A stretch of DNA of 64,000 bases from the NCBI GenBank assembly GCA_963717525.1, contig OY970343.1, positions 1,632,001 to 1,696,000 of the forward strand. The letters are read 5' to 3'. A program made the position numbers and the translations under genes. This stretch comes from an uncultured Methanoregulaceae archaeon (GTDB lineage Archaea > Halobacteriota > Methanomicrobia > Methanomicrobiales > Methanospirillaceae). The notes under the pieces were generated by a model, which saw only the letters and a program-made list of their open reading frames with translations, did no database searches and had not been told where the DNA came from. Below are positions 33,544 to 43,310 of the stretch, piece by piece. Numbering within the stretch: position 1 is the stretch's first letter; each line of letters starts with the position of its first letter.

Positions 33544-34431
33544 TTAGGGGTGTGCCGGGCGCCTGCCCTTCCAGAACCGGTAGCCGGCATACGCCACGCC
33601 GGCGATGATGAGAAGCGGGATGATGCTGATCACGAACACGATGATCGCGTCAATAATACCAAAGAAGCCAGCGATGCCCTCGTTGATGGCGGTCACGAAG
33701 TCATGGCCCTGCGTGCCCCCGACCGGTGCCGGTTCCTGCAGGGTGACCGTGATGGTCGCGTAGTCGATCTGGCTGTTGAGGTACTTCATCTGGCCGGTGA
33801 CCCGGTCGAGGTTGGTCTGCACGGTATCGATCTGCTGCTGGATGGCAAGGACGTCCTCGACCTTGGTGGCGTTCTTCATGATCAGGTTGTACTGGGCGAT
33901 CTGGTTCTGGTACGCGGTGATCTGTGCCTGGACATCGACGTACTCCGCGGTCACGTCCTGGCCCTGCGTGGAGAGGCTGGTCACCTTCCCGATGGCCTGC
34001 ACACCCGAGAGTGCGCTGTCGAACTGGGCCGCGGGGAGCCGGAGGACCACGGTCCCGTATGGCTGGCTGGTATAGTCAGTCCCGATATTCGTGGTCGATA
34101 CGTATCCCCCGGCACTGGTGCCGATCGCTTCGACCGCCGCTGCAGCGCTGGTGACATTGCTTACTTCAAGCGTGAGGTCAGCGGTTTTGATGATCTTCGT
34201 CTCAACGCCCTGGCCCGGCATTCCTCCTGAGGTGGGGACGGGGACCGGCGGGGAGATCGGGCCGGATGCGATAAGTGCCTGGTCTGAACTGTAACCGGTA
34301 GAGGCTCCCCCGCTTTCGGCGGGTAACGGGGCGATCGCGGATTTTGCGGTGCTGCCCTGGAGGCTGGTGCACCCGGCGGCTGCCACGGCCGCGATGCACA
34401 CGATGAGGATGAGAATGGACCTGTACTGCAT
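33544..34431 (-). CDS. DUF4349-family lipoprotein
   Basis: AAAGC lipobox, KIIKTADL, GGYV, DVTAEYVDV, YATITVTL, C-terminal TM. Confidence 0.85.
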   Translation of the reverse strand: MQYRSILILIVCIAAVAAAGCTSLQGSTAKSAIAPLPAESGGASTGYSSDQALIASGPISPPVPVPTSGGMPGQGVETKIIKTADLTLEVSNVTSAAAAVEAIGTSAGGYVSTTNIGTDYTSQPYGTVVLRLPAAQFDSALSGVQAIGKVTSLSTQGQDVTAEYVDVQAQITAYQNQIAQYNLIMKNATKVEDVLAIQQQIDTVQTNLDRVTGQMKYLNSQIDYATITVTLQEPAPVGGTQGHDFVTAINEGIAGFFGIIDAIIVFVISIIPLLIIAGVAYAGYRFWKGRRPAHP

Positions 34432-34606
34432 ACCAGCCTATCTGGCTCGCGGAATATAAATATCCGACGATAACTGCGAATATTCCCGTAGTTATCCCGG
34501 GGTTTTTGGCGATCCGGGGGATTTTGCAGGAAATTACCGGCACAATCAAAAGGGAGCCGGCCGGCCCGGCGCCGGATGGTGCCCCTGTTCCCGGGTATCG
34601 ATAGTA

Positions 34607-36090
34607 TTATTTCCGGAACAGCCCCGGGTTCTGGCGCCGGATCCACCATCTTCGCAGGAGTACGGCGAGGATAATGATGATGACGATGAGGATGAGCCAG
34701 GCCAGGTATTCCTGGATCAGCTGTACGATCCTGTCGAGGATTGTCGGTGATGGGACCGGAAGTGGCGGGATCACGGCAGGTGTTCCTGCCGGGGTTTCAA
34801 CCGGGGTAACCTGGATGGTTTTGGTTGGGCCGGGCCGACACCCAGCGGAGCGGGTTGTTGTCCCTGGTACCCGACTCCCTCATTACTGCCCGGTTGCACC
34901 CAGTAATCTGTACGGCCGCCTCCGCCGCCGTTGCCAGGTGATGCCGTTGCAGTTACCTGGACATTTACCGATACATTATAGCCATCAACCGAAGCATTGA
35001 CGAGGGCGGTCCCGGCAGACCGGCGATGAAAATGGTGTGGCTGCCTGGTGGCCTGTGGTCAGGACCTGCGGCAACGATATCGCTGCTCCCGCCGGCCCGG
35101 ACCCGATGGAAAAGATGACCGGTATGCCGTCCGGGAGGATGTTCCCGGCCACCAGTGCGCCGGTACTATCGTAACTGAGGTTTGCCTGGATGCTGCTCGC
35201 CTGGGACGTTGAGATCCCTGCCGGCATGGCGGTAATGCCGAGGACCAGGTACGGGTACTGGTATAACGTTCCCCCGCCTATGTGTTGTGCCAGGGAAGCT
35301 GCCGGGGAGTTTGTCCCCCACCAGTTATCCGGGGCATAGATGTCCCCGCCATTTGTATGGAGGATATCACCCGCACCGGAGGTGGTACTTCCAAACCGGC
35401 AGAAGGTTGCATTCACCTGGTTTGATGCATAGACGGCGCCCCCGTTCGTGGTCCCGTGACAGTTGACGAAGGATGACGAACTGACCGCGATAATACCGGG
35501 GGTGCTATGTACAGGGCGCCACCTTCAAGTGCGGAGCACGAGGTGAAATTCGAGCCGGTGACCGTCAGGAGCAGGCCATACGAGTGAACGGAGACAGCGC
35601 CTCCGCCATTTTTGCCCGGTGCCGTGTCGTTCATAAAATCTGACGAGATGACGCTTGTGTTGGCATAGGAGTGTATCGCGCCTCCGCCATCCGAGCTTGA
35701 TGAATACCCGTTCCGGAACGTCAGGTCCCTGACGGTAATATTCGTGATCTGCGCACCGGTAGACGAAGTGTTATAGAGTATACCCTCTGCGGTTGGTCCT
35801 GGACTGTTTATCCCGTCAAGAATGGTATTCCGGGTCGTGGCCCCGGTCGACTGGTTTGACTGGAAAGTGAGGTTGTTACTGAGGACCACTATGTTATAGT
35901 AAAAGTACGTCCCGCTGGCAAACGTGATCGTATCGCCATCAGAGGTTGTATTCAGGAAATTCTGGAATGCCGAAGGGGTGGCATAGGTAGAATTATCGAT
36001 CGGGTAATTCTTTCCCGCTACCGGTCCGGCACCCATGGACAAGAAGATAACCGCGATCAAAACTGCTGCATACCACTGACGGAAATTCAT
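34607..36090 (-). CDS. Cell-surface protein with beta-helix (GGAI/Pmp-like) repeats and C-terminal TM anchor; frameshifted and/or internally deleted
   Basis: Signal peptide, GGAIHS/GGAVS/GGALY repeats, NWWGTN; C-terminus LIVIIIILAVLLRRWWIRRQNPGLFRK read manually. Confidence 0.7.
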
Positions 36091-36334
36091 TTTTTCTTTT
36101 CACACCCGGTAAAACTGGCTAAAATAATCGGACCCTGCACAGGAAGGTACTACCAGATGGTAAGATGGGATCCCTATATATGAATGCCGAGATCACGCCC
36201 CGGGCCAGCCGGGCGGGATGGACGATCTTTCTTCCTGATTTCCGGAGACGAGGTATTCCCTCCGCGATCCGCCGGCAATTGAGGAACCTTAAAGTGAAAT
36301 CCACGATCATACTGGTGTGTTCGAGGTCCGGTCC

Positions 36335-36715
36335 ATGGAGCCTTCCCTGAAATGCCCGTTCTGCAACCCGCTGGCGGAAGATATTGTCGCACGAAACGAT
36401 CTCTGCTACGCCCTCTGGGACCGGTTCCCGGTGAGCAGGGGACACCTGCTCGTGATCCCGTTCCGGCATGTGCCGGACTACTTCTCGCTGACCGGTGAGG
36501 AGAAACAGGCGCTGCTTGCGCTGGTGGATGCGGGCAGGGGTATCATCGAGGAAAATTTCCAACCAGCCGGCTACAACATCGGCCTCAACGTGGGATCCGC
36601 GGCCGGGCAGACCGTGATGCACTGCCACTGCCACGTGATCCCCCGGTATGCCGGGGATGCCCGGGACCCGAGAGGTGGGGTGCGGTGGGTTGTGCCAAGG
36701 AAGAGCAGGTACTAA
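36335..36715 (+). CDS. HIT-family nucleotide hydrolase
   Basis: CPFC, FPVSRGHLLVIP, GYNIGLN, AGQTVMHCHCHVIPR. Confidence 0.92.
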   Translation: MEPSLKCPFCNPLAEDIVARNDLCYALWDRFPVSRGHLLVIPFRHVPDYFSLTGEEKQALLALVDAGRGIIEENFQPAGYNIGLNVGSAAGQTVMHCHCHVIPRYAGDARDPRGGVRWVVPRKSRY

Positions 36716-36766
36716 GAAGGCTGTGGGTGTCCTTTTTTATAACTTCAACCACTATCATTTCATGAT

Positions 36767-37066
36767 ATGACCCAGCCGGATATTTACCAGATGGTCCAGT
36801 CTAAAAAGGAGGAGATCTCCCGCCTTGCAGAAAAGTATGGCGCTTCCCATATCCGGATCTTTGGATCAGTGGCCCGCCACGCGGCTGATGAAAAAAGCGA
36901 TATCGATTTTCTTGTCGAACTGGAACCCGGGAGGACCCTCTTCGATCTGGGCGGACTGGCGTATGATCTCGAAAAACTCCTGGGCCGACCGGTGGATGTC
37001 TGTACCCTGCCCCTGCTGAGGGAACAGATCAGGACAAGAGTTGTTCTTGAAGCGGTTCCCCTATGA
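36767..37066 (+). CDS. MNT minimal nucleotidyltransferase antitoxin (MntA-like)
   Basis: IFGSVAR..SDIDFLV, LLGRPVDV. Confidence 0.9.
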   Translation: MTQPDIYQMVQSKKEEISRLAEKYGASHIRIFGSVARHAADEKSDIDFLVELEPGRTLFDLGGLAYDLEKLLGRPVDVCTLPLLREQIRTRVVLEAVPL

Positions 37067-37407
37067 GAGATGACAGGCTGCGGCTGATGGATATGGCAGA
37101 GTCCATCAGGAAAATCGAGAAATATACGTCATCAGGAAAACAGGGATTCGTACGTGACGAGCTCGTCCAGGTCTGGGTTGTTTATTATCTCCAGGTTCTT
37201 GGGGAAGCCGCCCGTGGGATCTCGGAAGAATCCCAGGGAAAATATTCCCTGATCCCCTGGGGCAGGATCATTGGATTCAGGAATATTCTCGTCCATCACT
37301 ATTTTGCGATTAATCCTGATGAGATCTGGGCGGTCGTCGAAGTGAATATCCCTCCTCTCAAACAGGCACTGGAACAGATCCTGGCACATTATCCGGCTGA
37401 CGAGTGA
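37063..37407 (+). CDS. HEPN (DUF86/HepT-like) RNase toxin
   Basis: LGEAA, IPW..GFRNILVHHY (RxxxxH); overlaps the MNT stop (ATGA). Confidence 0.9.
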   Translation: MRDDRLRLMDMAESIRKIEKYTSSGKQGFVRDELVQVWVVYYLQVLGEAARGISEESQGKYSLIPWGRIIGFRNILVHHYFAINPDEIWAVVEVNIPPLKQALEQILAHYPADE

Positions 37408-37450
37408 TATTGAAAGGGTACAGGAAAGCGTCAGGAGGCTGCACAACCCC

Positions 37451-37972
37451 ATGAAAAACATCATTCTGATCGGCATGCCCGGCGCAGGGAAGAGCACCGT
37501 GGGCGTCATCCTTGCAAAGACGCTGGGGATGACCTTTGTCGATACCGATATCGCGATCCAGGAACGTGCCGGGCGGCTCCTGCAGGAGATCATCGATACG
37601 GAGGGGCCGGACGCGTTCCTGAAAACCGAGGAGGAGACCATCCAGTCTCTCCATTGCCGCAATTGTGTCATCGCCACCGGGGGCAGCGTGGTTTTTTCGA
37701 GAAAAGCGATGAACTCCCTGAAAAAGGAGGGTGTGGTTGTGTACCTGAAGATCTCCTGCGACGAGATGGTACGGAGACTCAGTAACATCACGACCCGGGG
37801 CATTGTGCTGTTTTCCGGCGAGAGTCTTTTTGATATGTATCACGAGAGGGTCCCGCTGTACGAGAGGTATGCCGATATCACGGTCGATTGCGAAGATGAG
37901 GACTTCGAGGAAGTTGTGGGGAAGGTGATCGGGGAGCTGAAGAGGGAGAACAGGGGCGGAACCAAAAAGTGA
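37451..37972 (+). CDS. aroK: Shikimate kinase
   Basis: NIILIGMPGAGKSTVG, FVDTD, VIATGGS, RVPLYERYAD. Confidence 0.9.
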   Translation: MKNIILIGMPGAGKSTVGVILAKTLGMTFVDTDIAIQERAGRLLQEIIDTEGPDAFLKTEEETIQSLHCRNCVIATGGSVVFSRKAMNSLKKEGVVVYLKISCDEMVRRLSNITTRGIVLFSGESLFDMYHERVPLYERYADITVDCEDEDFEEVVGKVIGELKRENRGGTKK

Positions 37973-37983
37973 AACAAAAAAAA

Positions 37984-38227
37984 CTATTTGAGCGGGATCA
38001 AAACGTCAAGCAATGCCTTAATGTCAATCCCTGCCTGTTTCAGAATTGCTTTCAATGTTCCCCGGTCAATCTCGTGATGATCGGGAACAACAATAGTCCG
38101 GGTGTCATCGGCACTCTTCAGGATGACATGGCTTCCTTTCTGGTGATCAATGTAAAAGCCGAGCCGGAGCAGTGCATTGATTAGTTTCCTTCGCCGGGAG
38201 GAGCGGGAACTTTTTTGTCCGGGTCAT
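37984..38227 (-). CDS. hicA: HicA-family mRNA interferase toxin; +1 frameshift ~38187 (absent from ORF track)
   Basis: Manual translation MTRTKKFPLLPAKE/LINALLRLGFYIDHQKGSHVILK..VVPDHHEIDRGTLKAILKQAGI. Confidence 0.85.
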
Positions 38228-38448
38228 ACTTCGACGGCGATTTCCCGGATACTGACCCGGCGCTGGTCGGGTACTTTTCTCTGGTGTTTGATGAGCGATT
38301 CGAGGTATCCTTCGATTGCTTCCTTTGCGTTCGCTTCTGCTTCCGCGACCGTTTTTCCCTGCGTGATACAGCCGGGCAGGGCCGGGACGGTTACCACGTA
38401 CCATCCATCTTCGCCGGGTTCAATGACAATATTATATTTTTTCTGCAT
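38224..38448 (-). CDS. hicB: HicB-family antitoxin
   Basis: YNIVIEPGEDGWYVVTVPALPGCITQGKTVAEAEANAKEAI. Confidence 0.92.
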   Translation of the reverse strand: MQKKYNIVIEPGEDGWYVVTVPALPGCITQGKTVAEAEANAKEAIEGYLESLIKHQRKVPDQRRVSIREIAVEV

Positions 38449-38753
38449 GGCGCCTGACCCCTTCACCTTTTATAGGGACTTCGCAGGTATTAAAGATTGA
38501 TTTGGGGGGCTTGTTCCCGGGTACTAGAACCGGGGAGTGAGCGGCGGGCCCGGGAAATTCTGCGGAGGGGATGCCGGTTCCTCGCTTGCGGGCTGTCTCA
38601 GGGAGGATGAGAGATGCACCTGTGCGAAGGGACATGAGATGGTCCCGGCCGGCACCCGAAAGGAACATCCCGTGGGGGTACACGGGCATTTAATGTGTGG
38701 GGAGATCAACAAGAACTAAAAAAGACAAGATGGCAGTCATCCGGGAGGAATGT

Positions 38754-39203
38754 ATGACCGACACTACGCAGACAGATCTCATCAGAAGTTTTGTGGATTA
38801 CCTCATTTCGTCACAAAAGCTTGAGGTGTTCAACTATTCGATCTTCGTGAACAAGGAAAAGGATGCTTTTTTTGTCAATGCCGTACCCCATTTTCCCCTT
38901 GTCCGGTTAAAGATCGACAATGACAAAAATAAAAAGTCCATTGAGGTGGCGCTCAAAATTACCGAAACTGCAGCAGACAGGCCTGCGGATTCCCTCGACC
39001 GGGTCTGTACCATGGGAGTCAGCGTTTCCATGGACAAAGACGGAAAACTCCGGGTCCATACGGACCTGGCACAGGACGCCGTCTTCGCACAATTGCCGGC
39101 CCCGGTCACGGATGCGATAAAGAAGATCTATGCCGACCTTGAGAAGGGCAATGCAGCGCTCCAGAGCCAGCTCCAGGCATGGTACAATGAACATGCCCGG
39201 TGA
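38754..39203 (+). CDS. Hypothetical protein
   Basis: GGAGG RBS before ATG; 149-aa ORF with protein-like composition. Confidence 0.65.
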   Translation: MTDTTQTDLIRSFVDYLISSQKLEVFNYSIFVNKEKDAFFVNAVPHFPLVRLKIDNDKNKKSIEVALKITETAADRPADSLDRVCTMGVSVSMDKDGKLRVHTDLAQDAVFAQLPAPVTDAIKKIYADLEKGNAALQSQLQAWYNEHAR

Positions 39204-39241
39204 ACCGGCACACCGTGCGTTTTTTTGGGCAGCACCTGCCT

Positions 39242-39358
39242 CAAGGGGATAGCCGGGATGAGGCGCTGAAACATAGTGAAGAGGCAATAACCGGGTATAT
39301 CGAAACCCTCCGGATCCTCAAAAAACCGGTACCGGTTCAGAGAATACTTCGTGGATAA
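39242..39358 (+). pseudogene. 3' remnant of a HicB-family gene
   Basis: QGDSRDEALKHSEEAITGYIETLRILKKPVP aligns with QGKTVAEAEANAKEAIEGYLESL..KVP of the hicB at 38224. Confidence 0.7.
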
Positions 39359-39404
39359 CCCTTTTTAGGAATGCAGCGGGTCGATCGGCCAGAACTAAAA
39401 AAAA

Positions 39405-39728
39405 TTACCAGTTTTCCACTTCTTTGATTTCAGACTCGTCGGAGAGAAATGCAAAAAATCCGTCTGCGGCATCTTCCAGGGCTTCTTCTTTTGTATTTCG
39501 CGGACGCATGCTCCGGTAATAATCAGCACAGCCTTTGCCTTTCACCATCAGGTTTGCAACGCCGATATAGCTCTCCCCGCCTGCATTCAGGATCTGTTGT
39601 ACCTTGATTTTCAGGGGGCTGTATTTCATGTCCTCTATGTCACATTCAAAAACCCCGACAACTTCCCTGATCTCGCTGATCTTCGTGTGCTTCCGTTGTA
39701 AATCGGTTTCTGTCACTACTATCACCAC
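39405..39728 (-). CDS. Hypothetical protein
   Basis: Protein-like 3' part of ORF 39405..39848; probable GTG start. Confidence 0.55.
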   Translation of the reverse strand: MVIVVTETDLQRKHTKISEIREVVGVFECDIEDMKYSPLKIKVQQILNAGGESYIGVANLMVKGKGCADYYRSMRPRNTKEEALEDAADGFFAFLSDESEIKEVENW

Positions 39729-39887
39729 TTGGGACTCTCTTCTTTTTGAAGTATAGATGCTTTCTTTTGGCTCGTTCCGTGTTATGCACCTGACGCTGTT
39801 TTTTGGTACGGCCACGGTCCGGAGGGGGAACGCCCAGGCAGGGCTCATCGCCCGGTTCCGGGAAATCCCGGCGACGCACCAGGACCG

Positions 39888-40398
39888 TTAATTCATCTTC
39901 TCTTTCCTTTTCACCAGCACTGACCTGACTGCTTCAGGATGTCCTTTGGGAGAAACCTTTCGCCAGACATCGGTAATCAATCCGTCCGGGCTGATCAGGA
40001 ATGTGTCCCGTGACGTACCCAGCATCTCTTTCCCGAACAGCGTCATTGGTTTCCAGGAGTCATACGCGGTGAGTACCCGTATGATCGGGGTCGCTCAGGA
40101 GAAGGATAGCGAGACTGTATTTCTCGGCAAACTTCTGGTGGCTTTCCTGCGAATCCGTGCTTACACCGATGACCTGTGCCCCAAGATCGACGAATTTCTC
40201 CAGTGCCGCATTGAACTGCATCGCTTCGATCGTACACCCGGGGGTGTTGTCTCGTGGATAAAAATACAGGACCACCCATTTTCCCCGGAAGGTATTCAGG
40301 CAGAACGACGTTCCCTGTGCATCCGGAAGACAGAAATCCGGTGTCGGTTTCCCGACAAAGGGGTCTAGTTGTAATTCAGGCATACCCATCAAAAGCAT
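39888..40398 (-). CDS. bcp: Peroxiredoxin (BCP/PrxQ family); frameshifted
   Basis: GKWVVLYFYPRDNTPGCTIEA, IGVSTD; 3' part RDTFLISPDG..VWRKVSPKGH read in another frame. Confidence 0.88.
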
Positions 40399-40549
40399 GA
40401 TTGTTACCCTGATTATTAAACATGCGTTTGCTGCGTACAGGGCTCCAAAAAAGAGAACGGAATTTTTTAAGGTGTGCAGCTGCGGGGAGTGACCCGCATA
40501 CGGATGGATTTATCCTCTGTCTCGTGTATAATGCCTGTGAGGACACACG

Positions 40550-40987
40550 ATGTCTGGCAGGGTAGATCCATTCCATAATGCCCGGTTCCTCGTGGAGATC
40601 GACGGGATCACACGGGCCGGGTTCCACGAGGTCCAGTTCGGGAGTGCGGTTACGGAGGTCATCGAGTACCGGGAAGGAAACGATCCCCCGGTCATGCGGC
40701 AATTAAACGGCCTGACGCAGTTCCGCCCGATCCGGCTGATCTGGGGCATGACCGGTGCCACCGAACTCTATGGCTGGTACAAGGCTTGCAGCACCTCCGG
40801 GCCGGCGGGGCTGCGCAAAAACATGGCCATCATCCTGCTTGACGATAACGGCAACCCGGAGGCGCGGTGGAATGTCGTCAATGCCTGGCCCTGCCGGTAC
40901 ATCCCGCCGGACCTGACTGCACGGGAATGCCGGGTCGCGATCGAGATGCTGGAGATTGTCCATGAGGGGTTTACCCGGGACCTCTGA
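40550..40987 (+). CDS. Phage/eCIS tail tube protein (T4 gp19-like, Afp1/Afp5 type)
   Basis: DPFHNARFLVEIDG..GFHEV..EVIEYREG..LYGWY..IILLD..RWNVVNAWP..PDL..VAIEMLEIVHEG. Confidence 0.85.
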   Translation: MSGRVDPFHNARFLVEIDGITRAGFHEVQFGSAVTEVIEYREGNDPPVMRQLNGLTQFRPIRLIWGMTGATELYGWYKACSTSGPAGLRKNMAIILLDDNGNPEARWNVVNAWPCRYIPPDLTARECRVAIEMLEIVHEGFTRDL

Positions 40988-41026
40988 CCGGCCGTTTCCG
41001 GTGAGACGAACGGAGGGCTGAAGAGT

Positions 41027-41461
41027 ATGCCTACTGCACAGCGACAGGACCCCCTGCCGGCATTCCGGTTCCGGGTCGAGAAGGAGGGGCTTCCCATCCG
41101 GCAGGTGACCGGTGTCACGGGTCTTGTGCTAGAGAGCGGGTTGTCCTTTCCCGCCACGCCCGGCACGGTCCCTCCCTCAAACCCGAACATTGTCCTGCAG
41201 CGGGGGGTCACGGACGGCACCGAGTTCTGGGACTGGGTGCAGATGACCCGGAAGGACTATTCCCTCCGGTACGATATCCGCATCGTTCTCATGGACGCAG
41301 ACGGGAACGATGTCATTGTCTGGCATGTGGTCAAGGCCTACCCGGTCCGGTGGAGCGGGCCGGACCTTTTCGCGGACACCAATGCCGTGGCGTTCGAAAC
41401 CCTCGAACTCGGGTATGACCATATCGTCTGGGAGCTGCCGGACGGGACGCCGGGTGAGTGA
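41027..41461 (+). CDS. Second, divergent gp19-like tail tube protein
   Basis: DPLPAFRFRVE..NIVLQRGV..FWDWV..IVLMD..WHVVKAYPVRWSGPDL..VAFETLELGYD. Confidence 0.82.
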   Translation: MPTAQRQDPLPAFRFRVEKEGLPIRQVTGVTGLVLESGLSFPATPGTVPPSNPNIVLQRGVTDGTEFWDWVQMTRKDYSLRYDIRIVLMDADGNDVIVWHVVKAYPVRWSGPDLFADTNAVAFETLELGYDHIVWELPDGTPGE

Positions 41462-41462
41462 G

Positions 41463-41519
41463 CCGGGGGATTTTTTGGAGGACGCTCAATCGCCGCGTGG
41501 GCTTGGTGCCCGGGGGTTA
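41463..41519 (+). repeat. Short repeat, copy B1
   Basis: CCGGGGGATTTTTTGGAGGACGCTCAATCGCCGCGTGGGCTTGG..GGTTA. Confidence 0.85.
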
Positions 41520-41595
41520 GCACATCGAAACAACGCTGACCCTTGACTGATATCTGTCTATTATGGAATCGTTAGATCTTTCAAATTTCAAAATG

Positions 41596-41680
41596 ATCCG
41601 GGAGAAGCGCCCGGCCAGACCGTGATACACTGCCACGTGATCCCCCGGTATGCCGGGGATGTGCCGGATGCCGAGGAATC
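41596..41680 (+). pseudogene. 3' fragment of a HIT gene (paralog of 36335-36715)
   Basis: CAGACCGTGAT.CACTGCCACGTGATCCCCCGGTATGCCGGGGATG nearly identical to 36608-36659. Confidence 0.8.
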
Positions 41681-41750
41681 CGGGGGATTGTGCCACGGAA
41701 GAGGCGGGGTATCGAGAGGATCGCTCTTCTTGCTCGTGCCCCGGCACCGG

Positions 41751-43205
41751 TCAGTTCCCTTCCGGAGCGGTCTCCGCGGGTGCATCCCGTGCATGCCACG
41801 CAAAGACCACCGCGACAAGGCTGAGGCCTGCGGCAAGGAAAAACGCCGCCTGGAAACCGCCCGCGAGCGCCGGCATCGGGACCGCGAACGGATCGTGTAA
41901 CTGCCCCACGGCCTCCGCGGCAATCAGGGTCTCGGAGAATGCGATCTGGAAGATCACGATCCCAAGGATAATGCCGGTATTGCCCAGCGCCTTCATGACG
42001 CCGGATGCAGCGCCCTTCATATCCGCGGGGCTGTGGTCCATGACGATTTTTGTATTGGGAACAAGGAATACCCCGCGGGTAAGCCCGAGGACGATGAGCG
42101 CGAGAAGGGCGGGGATGAGCGTGATACCTTGCGTAAACCCGGCGAAGAACAGGTACACCGCGGCTGATCCCGCTGCACCGATAACGCAGAGCGTTCTCGC
42201 GCTGAACCGGTCGGTCAAAAGGCCCACCCCCGGGGTGGCAAGGAGCATCACGGCAGCGGGCACGATGACGATGAGGCTCGTCAGTGCATAGGAATAGCCC
42301 AGGACCAGGTTGAGGTAGAACGGGAAGAGGAAGACCGGGCCGTTGATGACCAGCTTCATGAGGAAAAACGAGATATTCGCATTCGTGAAGTGCCGGTCCC
42401 GGAACAGGGAGATCTCAAAGGCCGGGTCCTCGGTTGCACTCTCGTACACGATCGCAAGCGTCCAGAAGGCAAACGTGAATATGGCGAGGCCTGCCGTGAT
42501 GAGACTGGTGATCCCAAAGACATTCACCGAACTGATGGCAAGGACGAGCGCGAGGGTGGCGCAGGAAAAGAGGCATGCCCCGAGAAGATCGAACGTTCTT
42601 CCCTTCGACGTCCCTTCACCTGCCGGGAGGGTGAACAAGCCGGCTGCGATGATCGCTATCCCGACCGGCACCAGGGCAAAAAAAATCCAGCGCCAGGAAA
42701 GCGTACCGGCAATTGCCACACCAAGCGTCGGCCCAAGGATGACACCCAGCACTGCCGCCCCCGTAAGATACGCAAAACCCCTGCCGTGCCAGGCTTCCGG
42801 GACATGGCAGGTGACAAACGGTGTGATAACGGCCGCTCCCATCGTTGCACCCACTGCCTCGATGATGCGGAAAATGATGAGCTGGTTTACGGTGCCCGCA
42901 CAACCGCAGAGGAGCGATCCCAGGGCAAAGAGCGCAGTGCCGAAAAGGAACACCCTGCGGTACCCCCATACGTCGCCGAGTTTTCCGAAAAAGAGGAACA
43001 GTCCCGAGAGGACCAGCAGGTACACGATGACGGAAGCGGAGGCAAGCCCGGTGCTCGTGTGGAGATCGCTTGCCACCTGCTGGAGCGGGACCGTGATGCA
43101 GCTGGCCGCAAAGGCGCCAATCAGGGCGCCAAGGCAGATGAGGGCGAGGTTGAACCGCCAGTACCGTTCAGGGGCGGCTGCCCCGGGCCGGGCTTCCATA
43201 CACAC
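41751..43205 (-). CDS. MFS transporter (DHA2-like 14-TM efflux pump)
   Basis: GKLGDVWGYRRVF (motif A), GPTLG..SWRWIFF, many TM segments. Confidence 0.9.
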   Translation of the reverse strand: MCMEARPGAAAPERYWRFNLALICLGALIGAFAASCITVPLQQVASDLHTSTGLASASVIVYLLVLSGLFLFFGKLGDVWGYRRVFLFGTALFALGSLLCGCAGTVNQLIIFRIIEAVGATMGAAVITPFVTCHVPEAWHGRGFAYLTGAAVLGVILGPTLGVAIAGTLSWRWIFFALVPVGIAIIAAGLFTLPAGEGTSKGRTFDLLGACLFSCATLALVLAISSVNVFGITSLITAGLAIFTFAFWTLAIVYESATEDPAFEISLFRDRHFTNANISFFLMKLVINGPVFLFPFYLNLVLGYSYALTSLIVIVPAAVMLLATPGVGLLTDRFSARTLCVIGAAGSAAVYLFFAGFTQGITLIPALLALIVLGLTRGVFLVPNTKIVMDHSPADMKGAASGVMKALGNTGIILGIVIFQIAFSETLIAAEAVGQLHDPFAVPMPALAGGFQAAFFLAAGLSLVAVVFAWHARDAPAETAPEGN

Positions 43206-43310
43206 AAAAGTCGCCCTGCCGGCTGATATGATGGTTTCAATGGCCCGTGACCGGGACCGGGAACTACCGCAACAACCATGTGGGTGGGAGAAGAGAAGGT
43301 ACGGATCGAC

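Noticed and set aside
37969..38184. + strand 71-aa ORF
   Set aside because: Antisense to the frameshifted hicA.
40550..41461. Prophage
   Set aside because: No capsid, terminase, portal, integrase or other virion genes recognised.
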